Positions 41,188-49,032 of a DNA stretch of 64,000 bases are shown piece after piece. A model generated the notes under the pieces. That model made no database searches. It saw nothing but the letters and a program-made list of their open reading frames with translations, and was not told where the DNA came from. Source of the stretch: an uncultured Clostridium sp. Its GTDB lineage: Bacteria > Bacillota > Clostridia > TANB77 > CAG-508. Both the position numbers and the translations under genes were made by a program. The stretch is taken from NCBI GenBank assembly GCA_948467875.1, contig CAOKFZ010000003.1, forward strand, positions 78,050 to 142,049, written 5' to 3'. The number at the start of each line of letters is the position of its first letter. The first letter of the stretch is position 1.

Positions 41188-41717
41188 AATTTAACTCCTT
41201 TCTGCAATTTTTTATTATCATACAACATAAAATTACGAATGTCAAGTGTTTTTTTAATTTTTTATTTAAATATTTTTTAATTTTTGTATATTTCAAAAAA
41301 ATTTGCTCATACTATATTCTATAAGGTTTATATTAACCTAACTTAAGAGTAATACGAGGTCGAAAGGCTTTTTATTATTCGAGCCAAGATGTGATGTGGC
41401 TTAAGAAATCCTTAGGTTGCATTATGTCGGACGCAAAGAGTAAATTATTTGTTTGTAAGCTATTTTTATAAAATGGTTAAATGATAGGTAATTTATTTGA
41501 AGTCGTGATGATACTTGTATTTATCGTGGTTAATAATAGTCTCATGCCAGATGAATTTAGTTATAGATAAGTGCATTTATTGTCTAGCAACGGATTAATA
41601 TATGTGGTATATAGCTTATTCATATAGCGATATATGTTAGGTTAAACTATTATGTATATTAGTTTTAGCTGAAAGCTAATATAAGCTTTATCGATGAACC
41701 GTTACTTAAGTGAATTC

Positions 41718-42572
41718 TTAAGTAGCGGTTTCAATTTGTCTTCCATAAATTCTCCTAATTTCTTCTGTTTCGTCTCCGTTTTCGTCATAAATCACCAGCG
41801 GCTTGTCAATTTTCAAAAACGGGTTCGCAAATTTTACCGCCTTTACCAAAATCAAATTCGGCTTTTCATTTGGTTTGGCATGCACAAACCTTACTTTTTT
41901 CGGCTCCAAACGATATTTTCGCAAAATACACATAATATCCACAAGCCTTTCCGCCCTGTGGACCATGTAAAATTCGCCTTTATCCTTAAGCAATTTACTC
42001 GCCTGCTGGATTACATCTTCTAGCGTGCATTTGACCTCATGTCTTGCAATCGTCTGCGTCTCGTCCTCATTTTGGATGCCCGTATTTGCCTTTTTATAGG
42101 GCGGATTGGTCACAACGCAGTCCATCGAATGGGGTTCCAAAACGTCAAAAATTTGGCAAATATCAGCATTTACAATTTCAAATTTTTCCTCTAATTGATT
42201 TAAGCTAACATTTCTTTTCGCCATATCCGCCACATCTTTTTGGATTTCCACACCATAAATTTTTCGCAAATTCGTTTTTTTGCACAACAACAAACCAATA
42301 ATTCCTGTCCCAGTTCCGATATCCACAACCACGCTATTTCTCTTGATTTCCTTAGCAAAATCCGCCAAAAGCACACTGTCCACACCAAAACAAAAACCGT
42401 TTTTATTTTGAATTAACTTTAACCCTTCATACTGCAAATCGTCAATTCTCTCATTTTCTAATAAATTCATAACTATACTCCGTGATTTTTCAACTGCATC
42501 TTGAAATTCAGCCTGAAACTTGATAAAAAATTTTTTGATTTCATCCCAATACACTATTAATTCACTCTCCAA
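41718..42572 (-). CDS. tRNA (adenine-N6)-methyltransferase-like SAM-dependent methyltransferase (TrmN6/YfiC family, NPPY motif)
   Basis: VVDIGTGTG, VTNPPYKK, and the N-terminal region LENERIDDLQYEGLKLIQNKNGFCFGVDSVLLADFA is TrmN6-like. The true start may be the internal Met at about 42470, since the first 34 codons overlap the upstream ORF. Confidence 0.65.
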   Translation of the reverse strand: MESELIVYWDEIKKFFIKFQAEFQDAVEKSRSIVMNLLENERIDDLQYEGLKLIQNKNGFCFGVDSVLLADFAKEIKRNSVVVDIGTGTGIIGLLLCKKTNLRKIYGVEIQKDVADMAKRNVSLNQLEEKFEIVNADICQIFDVLEPHSMDCVVTNPPYKKANTGIQNEDETQTIARHEVKCTLEDVIQQASKLLKDKGEFYMVHRAERLVDIMCILRKYRLEPKKVRFVHAKPNEKPNLILVKAVKFANPFLKIDKPLVIYDENGDETEEIRRIYGRQIETAT

Positions 42573-42850
42573 TATTCATAATTCATTGCCTGAACCGTCT
42601 TATAATATGCCATTTCTTCTTTTCTCAAATGATATTGCTGTCTTAAATAATTAGCCACAATCGGTGTCAAATTTCTGCTATTTATTGCTACGTCCACTAT
42701 ATCTTCTTCATTATAAGTGTTTTTGACCCATTTAATTGCCTCTAAATCTCCCTGACAATATAACCTTGCTATAATATATCTTTTATTTTTCTTAATATCC
42801 AATTTCTCAAATTCTGTATCCCAGAAATATTTTTTTAATTCTATTGGCAT
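42557..42850 (-). CDS. Hypothetical protein (97 aa)
   Basis: ORF track. An extended -10 (TGTGTTATAAT) lies upstream at about 42868..42878 on the minus strand. Confidence 0.4.
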   Translation of the reverse strand: MPIELKKYFWDTEFEKLDIKKNKRYIIARLYCQGDLEAIKWVKNTYNEEDIVDVAINSRNLTPIVANYLRQQYHLRKEEMAYYKTVQAMNYEYWRVN

Positions 42851-42951
42851 TTTTCTCTCCTTTTCTTAATTTTATTATAACACATTTTAATAAAAATTGC
42901 AAAAAAATCCCCCCGCATTCCAAACATTTCTAGAACGCGGGAGTTTTCCTG

Positions 42952-43314
42952 CTACATTTCGGTCGCTTGTTCCGTCAGCTGCCCCATATTTTTTTTGAAA
43001 TTCTCTTTCTGCTCCTCCGAAAAAAAACTCAAATATACCATTACTTTTCCAAAAGCATCTTCCGTTTTCTCCAATTTTGCATTCGCTACTGCTGCTGCCT
43101 CCAGCAGAGCTCTTATCTCCTCATACTCTGCCGCCTTTTCCGTATCTTTCTCAATGCTTCGCCGATACCGATAGAAATTTTCCATTTCAAATATATTTTT
43201 GAAACAAATCTGTAATCTCCCCTTAATAGCACAAAGCGGAAAAATAATTTTGAGACCATTTTCGCTGAAATCTTCTGCAACCAAATCAATTTTTATCACT
43301 TTATTAACCTCCAA
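42952..43314 (-). CDS. Hypothetical protein (120 aa)
   Basis: ORF track. Followed by a terminator hairpin at about 42905..42950. Confidence 0.4.
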   Translation of the reverse strand: MEVNKVIKIDLVAEDFSENGLKIIFPLCAIKGRLQICFKNIFEMENFYRYRRSIEKDTEKAAEYEEIRALLEAAAVANAKLEKTEDAFGKVMVYLSFFSEEQKENFKKNMGQLTEQATEM

Positions 43315-43424
43315 ATTTTTGATGCCGTCAACGAGTTTCTAAGTAAACACAAGGTTATGTTGCTCACCTAATTTTTACTTAAGTGATATTATACACTATT
43401 TTACAGAAAATGTAAAGAGTTAAT

Positions 43425-44390
43425 TTATTGACTATTTTGCATTACTTCATATTCGCTCACATCTGGCTCAACAAATATCTCATTTGGAACAGTACCAAAA
43501 CCATATTCATAATTGATAATTTGCTCTTGCTTTTCCTGTGTTTCCGTATCATCATCCGAGGAATAAGAAGAACTTGTTGACTTCGAAATATAACGCAATG
43601 TTAAACCCGTTTCTTTTTCAACATAGATAACATCTGCAAGTGAGCTATATTCATCGTTTACTGTGAATTCTGGTAAGTTACTAATTCGATAACACTGTTT
43701 TCCATTACAAACTTCCTTGTTGATTGATGCACATACACTCGCAAGCCAAAAATCAATTGGGTTCTCAAAATACATGGTATCTATTGAAAAATAGCCTTCA
43801 TAACTACTTTCCCTATTTAACTGCGCTTTTTTTATGTTTCCTGAACCCAGCACAGCAGAATCCATATAAGTATTTAATTGTTTACCGTTATAATACTGTT
43901 TACATTTTGTTATTTTTTCCTTTTCTGAAGTCCCAAAGTTAACCTTATAACTATCCAGTAATGCCCTATTACCCTTTTGGTAGGTAGCTATTTGATACAG
44001 TAAAACTTCGTCACTATCATATTTAAAACAAAAATTATTTGCTTTAACCCAATAATTATCCACACTCTGATACTCTTTCCTCTTATTTTGCATACTACTA
44101 AGAATAAGCATATTTCTTGCAACATGAAAGATGAAAATTAGCAAAATAACAATCACTATACTTTTCAATAGCTTTAGCTTTGTATGATATTTTTTCAAAC
44201 CATCAATTTTCTTTTTTTCGTCTTCATTTTGTGAAAATTTTATCTCTCCTTTCATGCTTTCCTGAATTTCTTGGCATTCCTTACATTCTTTCAAATGCTC
44301 TTCTATATATTGATTAGTCTCTTTTTCTGTCAAGTTTTCCACATAATTTGGCAATAAATCTCGCACAATTTTACAATTTTTCTCTCTCAT
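43425..44390 (-). CDS. Anti-sigma factor: N-terminal zf-HC2 zinc finger, single TM helix, extracytoplasmic domain
   Basis: CKIVRDLLPNYVENLTEKETNQYIEEHLKECKEC is a zf-HC2 motif. A TM helix is at SIVIVILLIFIFHV. Its start overlaps the end of the upstream ECF sigma gene by 20 nt. Confidence 0.65.
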   Translation of the reverse strand: MREKNCKIVRDLLPNYVENLTEKETNQYIEEHLKECKECQEIQESMKGEIKFSQNEDEKKKIDGLKKYHTKLKLLKSIVIVILLIFIFHVARNMLILSSMQNKRKEYQSVDNYWVKANNFCFKYDSDEVLLYQIATYQKGNRALLDSYKVNFGTSEKEKITKCKQYYNGKQLNTYMDSAVLGSGNIKKAQLNRESSYEGYFSIDTMYFENPIDFWLASVCASINKEVCNGKQCYRISNLPEFTVNDEYSSLADVIYVEKETGLTLRYISKSTSSSYSSDDDTETQEKQEQIINYEYGFGTVPNEIFVEPDVSEYEVMQNSQ

Positions 44391-44859
44391 TTAAACCATC
44401 TCCTTTCAACTTCTTTTTTCCTCGATAAAATGTCACTCTTGCCCAATTTTCCGTGCGATTTAAAATCGTTGCAATTTCCCTAAAACTCAAATCACCTGTA
44501 ATTCTCAATTCCATTACCTCTTGCGTTGGCTTGTCCAACCCTTGTAACTGTTTATCTAATTCTATATTGCTGATAATTCTATCTTCCATTTTATCTTCGG
44601 TTTGCTCAAAAAATAATTTATGTTGATGCAGACTTTCCATCTTTTTCTTCTTGAGCTCATCATACCAGAGGTTTTTCGCGATTTGGCAAAGCCATGTTGA
44701 TATTTTGCATTTTCCTTGAAAACTACTTATTTTTTGTATTGCTCGGTAAAACGTTTCTTGTGTCAATTCTTCTGCCACATCGCTATTACGAGTTAAGCAG
44801 AATAAAAATTTGTACACTGTTCTAAAATCTTCTTCATATATTTTATCAATATCCTGCAT
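44371..44859 (-). CDS. ECF-type RNA polymerase sigma-70 factor
   Basis: 162 aa with sigma region 2 (VYKFLFCLTRNSDVAEELTQETFYRA) and region 4 (LSFREIATILNRTENWARVTFYRGKKKL). Confidence 0.8.
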   Translation of the reverse strand: MQDIDKIYEEDFRTVYKFLFCLTRNSDVAEELTQETFYRAIQKISSFQGKCKISTWLCQIAKNLWYDELKKKKMESLHQHKLFFEQTEDKMEDRIISNIELDKQLQGLDKPTQEVMELRITGDLSFREIATILNRTENWARVTFYRGKKKLKGDGLNEREKL

Positions 44860-44960
44860 AACTTCTATCCTCCTTTATGATAAGACGATTGAAAAACCTG
44901 TTTTGTTACACAAAAATCAAATTTTTATTTACCCTATCATAAAAATAATAACAATTCAAA

Positions 44961-45473
44961 CTAATTTTGAACCTCTTCCGTGTTTTCAGTTACCCCAATT
45001 TCCTGCCCTTCTACCAAAAACTTCACATTTGTTACTTCATTTAGCTCTAGCATAGTTTTGGTGATAGAATCCATGCCATTTCTCTTTTCCGTTTCGTCCT
45101 GCGCTGCTTTATCCACAAATTCCTTTGAAAAATTCACCTGCAAAACGCCACCAACCAATTCAGCTCCAAGCAATCTGGTTCCTTCTGGAATTGTTTTGGC
45201 TAAAAAATCGCTTTGTGGTCCATTTATCAACATGTTTATCAATTCCGCATAGGGCTCTAACAACAATTCCTTTGAATCAATCAAACGCGTTTCTTTTTGT
45301 AATTCCTTGGTTTGCGCATTTTGAAAATACAATGTAATCATCGTTTTTCGCAAATCCACATCCTCAATTTCCACCTCTGGCACATATTCCACCTCAACAT
45401 TTGTATGAAACACCAATACGCCCACAACTATAATCGCCACAACTACTAAAATAACAATAATCGCTTTTTTCAT
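44961..45473 (-). CDS. GerMN-domain protein (sporulation and germination-associated, membrane-anchored)
   Basis: An N-terminal TM helix is followed by TLYFQNAQTKELQKETRLIDSKELLLEPYAELINMLINGPQSDFLAKTIPEGTRLLGAELVGGVLQVNFSKEF, the GerMN pattern. Confidence 0.6.
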   Translation of the reverse strand: MKKAIIVILVVVAIIVVGVLVFHTNVEVEYVPEVEIEDVDLRKTMITLYFQNAQTKELQKETRLIDSKELLLEPYAELINMLINGPQSDFLAKTIPEGTRLLGAELVGGVLQVNFSKEFVDKAAQDETEKRNGMDSITKTMLELNEVTNVKFLVEGQEIGVTENTEEVQN

Positions 45474-45675
45474 CGTAATTCCCCCTTTTTAATCTACTTG
45501 CATTTTATGCGTTTTGTGTACAATTATGCCAAGCAATTTTCGTGCAAAATTTGTCGAAAATCGTCAAATCTTGTTTCAAAAACTAGATAACCTTATTTTT
45601 TATACGATTTGTATTGACTTTTTCTCCAAAAAGTAATATGATAAGGGTAGAATTTGATTTTAGAAAGGAAAATTT

Positions 45676-46335
45676 ATGGCAAAAGTTAGAGATTTTACAA
45701 GTGGCTTAACACACTGCATTGGCGCGGCTTTAGCGTTAGTTGGAATGGTGGTTTTAATCGTGTTTGCCGCCATTTGGGGCGACAGTTATGATGTCGTTTC
45801 TTTTACTATTTTTGGTATCGGATTATTTTTATTATATTTATTTAGTACGTTATATCATTGGCTCAACATCAGCAAAAAAGGCATTACCGTGTTCCGAAAA
45901 TTCGACCACATTATGATTTATATTTTGATTGCGTCAAGTTATACGCCAATTTGTCTTGGACCTTTACGCGGACCTTGGGGCTGGAGCATTTTCGGAGTTT
46001 TATGGGCGTTAGCGATTTTCGGAACTATTTTTTCAGCGATTTGGATTAAGGCGCCACGCGCTTTGACAACCACAATTTACTTGATTATGGGTTGGATGGG
46101 AATTATCGCCATTTATCCACTTTATCAGACATTCGCGCAAGCTGGCATGTTGCATGGGCTTTTATGGCTTGTTTTATGTGGCGTGTTTTACACGATTGGT
46201 GGGATTATTTATTGGTTAAAATTGCCAAAAACAAAATGGAAAGATTTTGGATTTCACGAGATTTTTCATATCTTCGTTATGCTCGGAAGTGCAAGCCATT
46301 ACTGGTTTATATTAAGATATGTGCTAAAAACATAA
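45676..46335 (+). CDS. Hemolysin-III family (PAQR, YqfA-like) membrane protein
   Basis: 219 aa with 7 TM helices and conserved His residues in HWLN, HIMIY and HEIFH. Confidence 0.8.
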   Translation: MAKVRDFTSGLTHCIGAALALVGMVVLIVFAAIWGDSYDVVSFTIFGIGLFLLYLFSTLYHWLNISKKGITVFRKFDHIMIYILIASSYTPICLGPLRGPWGWSIFGVLWALAIFGTIFSAIWIKAPRALTTTIYLIMGWMGIIAIYPLYQTFAQAGMLHGLLWLVLCGVFYTIGGIIYWLKLPKTKWKDFGFHEIFHIFVMLGSASHYWFILRYVLKT

Positions 46336-46451
46336 ACTTGACAATTTTATGTAAATATGATATAATATATTTAAAGAAAGCATAAAGGAAATCTTTTCCG
46401 TTATGCTTTCTTTTTCTAATAAACCTTTAAGATAGGCTCAGTAAGACAATT

Positions 46452-47072
46452 TTAACGATAACCATACTTTTCTTTTAATTCTTGCAAATTTAGTTCTGGC
46501 AAAACCTTCACAATTTTCTCTAACGTCCTCACTCGTGGCCTTGCTTTGCCCTCTTCCAGACTTTTTATTGTTTTCAATTCAACTCCACTTTTTTTCGCCA
46601 GCTGTTCTTGTGTAAATGCCGCATTTAATCGCGCTTTCTTAACTTCTGAGTTACCATAAAATTTTAGCAATTCTTCTAAATTCAAATCAAGCTCTTTTGC
46701 CAAAACTTCTAACGTACTTTCACGTGGTCTTACTTCATCCCTTTCAATAAAAGCAATCCCTTCTCGGCATATAAAGCATCTCTCAGCAAGCTCTTCTCTT
46801 GTCAGATTTTTACTTAAACGTGCATTCCAAATTATCCGCCCCAACGAAGATTTCTCATTCTTAATGTAACCACAAATCGTCAAAAGCTCCACAAAATCTA
46901 ACTCCAAAAAATTTGACAATTTATACAGCGTATTTACTCTTGGCTTCTTCCGTTTTCCGCTTTCAATTGCTTGTATCACAGCAATCCGAACACCACATTT
47001 TTCCTCCAAATCATCCTGTAAAAATCCCTTTTGTTCTCGTGCATTTTTGATTACTGTTGCTAATGTCTGCAT
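46452..47072 (-). CDS. XRE-family transcriptional regulator with three tandem HTH_XRE (Cro/C1) domains
   Basis: 206 aa made of three repeats of about 65 aa, each with the HTH_XRE pattern (..ik.aR...g.tqeeLAek.gvs...I...E.G.r.P.l.tL.kla..L.l). Confidence 0.65.
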   Translation of the reverse strand: MQTLATVIKNAREQKGFLQDDLEEKCGVRIAVIQAIESGKRKKPRVNTLYKLSNFLELDFVELLTICGYIKNEKSSLGRIIWNARLSKNLTREELAERCFICREGIAFIERDEVRPRESTLEVLAKELDLNLEELLKFYGNSEVKKARLNAAFTQEQLAKKSGVELKTIKSLEEGKARPRVRTLEKIVKVLPELNLQELKEKYGYR

Positions 47073-47094
47073 GTTTTCCTCCTATTTTCTATTT

Positions 47095-47529
47095 TTAAAC
47101 ATCAATTCCAAGATATTTTTTCAAGGCTCTCCTTAATTTGAGTTGCGGTCGTTTTACTCGACCTGACTCAAGCGCATAAATTGTGCTTTCGATAACAGCA
47201 CATTTTTTCGCTAAATCAGTCCGCGACCAGCCTTTTGCCAATCTTGCATTTTTTACTTTTTGTGCAAGTGTAACCGCTTCTCCTTCCTCCCTATATCCTG
47301 CCAATTTGGTTAAGTCTTCCAGTACCAAAACATTGGGAAACGCTTCTGACAACTTTTTCAATGTGGAAATTTTAAATTTAGCCATATTGCCATTCTCAAT
47401 CCGTAAAACACTTGCTTCACTTAATCCTATTTTTTGAGCAAATTCTATTCGCGATAATTTCATTTTTCTTCTTGTTTCATATATCTTTTGCCCTAATTTA
47501 GTACGGTTTTTCCGATTTTTTTTCATTGC
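47095..47529 (-). CDS. XRE-family transcriptional regulator with two tandem HTH_XRE domains
   Basis: The start is taken at MKKNRKNRTKLGQ (ATG 47529) with RBS AGGAGG. A consensus promoter lies at 47558..47586 (minus). The ORF-track start at 47586 lies within that promoter. Confidence 0.65.
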   Translation of the reverse strand, partial: AMKKNRKNRTKLGQKIYETRRKMKLSRIEFAQKIGLSEASVLRIENGNMAKFKISTLKKLSEAFPNVLVLEDLTKLAGYREEGEAVTLAQKVKNARLAKGWSRTDLAKKCAVIESTIYALESGRVKRPQLKLRRALKKYLGIDV

Positions 47530-47557
47530 CTTTCCTCCTAATAACGTAATATCAGGA

Positions 47558-47586
47558 ATTATACCATATTTTACATAAAATGTCAA
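47558..47586 (-). promoter_or_regulatory. Consensus promoter TTGACA-N17-TATAAT, spacer TTTTATGTAAAATATGG (family copy 2), upstream of the XRE double-HTH gene
   Basis: -35 is the reverse complement of 47581-47586 and -10 is the reverse complement of 47558-47563. Confidence 0.55.
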
Positions 47587-47614
47587 GAGACTACAACCGT
47601 TAGTTAGGACACTT

Positions 47615-48067
47615 TTATCTTTCTTCGTCTTTTTCTGCCTCCTTTAATTGGATTAATTTTTGATACAAATCAGCATAATCTGTCTGTAATATGTCATCAA
47701 TTGCTTTTAAAAACTTTTCTTGCAGGTTTACACCTTGGATTTCTCGGCATTTTATGCTCATGCGCCCAGTCCCATTGCCTTTTGGCAAATCAGCTTCTGG
47801 ATCCAAAGCTCGTGTTACATCACACAATCTTTTGTCCACAAAATAAATCATGGCATCAGGCGAAACATCTGCCAATTTTCCCGCTTGTTCCATATCATGC
47901 GCCACATACCACCCCTGCGAATTATCCAACTCAATTCCTGTTTTTGTGACAAATCCCAAATTTCTGGGATTTTCATAATCGTCGTCATAGCAATACAATA
48001 TCTCCACACTTTCGGTTTTGTCATCATAACGCAATCTTGTTCTTTTTTCTTTATTTTCTACTTGCAT
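47615..48067 (-). CDS. Hypothetical protein (150 aa), acidic, the first gene of the operon that continues into the two XRE genes
   Basis: ORF track. No family recognised. Confidence 0.4.
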   Translation of the reverse strand: MQVENKEKRTRLRYDDKTESVEILYCYDDDYENPRNLGFVTKTGIELDNSQGWYVAHDMEQAGKLADVSPDAMIYFVDKRLCDVTRALDPEADLPKGNGTGRMSIKCREIQGVNLQEKFLKAIDDILQTDYADLYQKLIQLKEAEKDEER

Positions 48068-48122
48068 CTTATTATCTCCTTTTTATTTAATATTTTTATT
48101 ATACTACACATCCTATGCCGAA

Positions 48123-48160
48123 ACAATAAAAACATTGATAGAAAATCTATTTTCTACCAA
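48123..48160. terminator. Nested perfect hairpin terminator downstream of the response-regulator gene (AACATTG-a-TAGAAAAT-ct-ATTTTCTA-c-CAATGTT, then T-tract)
   Basis: 7-bp outer and 8-bp inner stems, with U-tracts on both strands. Confidence 0.55.
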
Positions 48161-48177
48161 TGTTTTTCTCCAAAATT

Positions 48178-48978
48178 TTATTTTTTTATATTATCTGCAA
48201 TATAATAGCCAACACCTCTTTTGGTAATCAAAATCTTTGGATCGGCTTTATCTTTCTCGATTTTTTCACGAATTCGATTAATGGTTACATCAATCGTTCT
48301 AATCGCCCCAACATATTCCTCATATTCCCAAATTTCATGCAATAATTGCTCTCTGGAAACAACTTGCCCTGGTTGCAATGCTAAATATTGCAAAACATCA
48401 AACTCTTTTTTCGTTAAGTTGATAATCTTTCCTTTCATCGTGGCTTCTAATTTCTTTAAATCTAACTTCAAATCTCCAACTTCGATGATTTCTTCTTCTT
48501 CTTTTTCCTCCATCAAATCCTTTTCGCCACCTGCTTTGGCATCCATTTTTCGCAAATTTGCCTTAATTCTCGCCATTAATTCGCGAATTTGAAATGGTTT
48601 TGTGATATAGTCGTCTGCGCCCATTTCTAAGCCCACGATTTTGTCAGATTCGGAATCCCTTGCAGAAACCATTAATATTGGCATCGTAGAGAGATTTAAA
48701 TAATATCTTATTTTTTTGCAAACCGAAATACCATCTAATTTAGGAATCATGACATCAAGCAAAATCAAGTCTGGTCGCTCTTTGAGTGCCATTTCCACAG
48801 CGGTTATTCCATCATATGCTTTTAATGTGTTGTAGCCTTCTTTTTCCAAATTATACACCAACAAATCCATGATACTTTCTTCGTCATCAACAACCAAAAT
48901 TGTCTTTTTGTCTTGTTCTACTAAGTCAAGATTTTCGATTCCTTCTATTCCCTCTAATCCTTCCACAAAAAATCCCAC
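48178..48978 (-). CDS. OmpR-family response regulator (REC plus winged-helix trans_reg_C). No cognate histidine kinase is adjacent.
   Basis: REC motifs ILVVDDE, LILLDVMIPKLDG and SARDSESDK, and a wHTH C-terminus (TKKEFDVLQYLALQPGQVVSREQLLHEIW...RTIDVTINRIREKI). The true start is probably about 20 codons inside the listed ORF. Confidence 0.8.
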   Translation of the reverse strand: MGFFVEGLEGIEGIENLDLVEQDKKTILVVDDEESIMDLLVYNLEKEGYNTLKAYDGITAVEMALKERPDLILLDVMIPKLDGISVCKKIRYYLNLSTMPILMVSARDSESDKIVGLEMGADDYITKPFQIRELMARIKANLRKMDAKAGGEKDLMEEKEEEEIIEVGDLKLDLKKLEATMKGKIINLTKKEFDVLQYLALQPGQVVSREQLLHEIWEYEEYVGAIRTIDVTINRIREKIEKDKADPKILITKRGVGYYIADNIKK

Positions 48979-49032
48979 CTTTCTTTCCTTTAAGTTACTT
49001 ATATCACATTTATTTTATTTCGGCAAGTTTTT

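Noticed and set aside
42557-42572. The 16-nt overlap between the 97-aa ORF and the methyltransferase ORF as a frameshifted fusion.
   Set aside because: The methyltransferase homology starts at an internal Met at about 42470. The overlap is better explained by an over-extended upstream start than by gene disruption.
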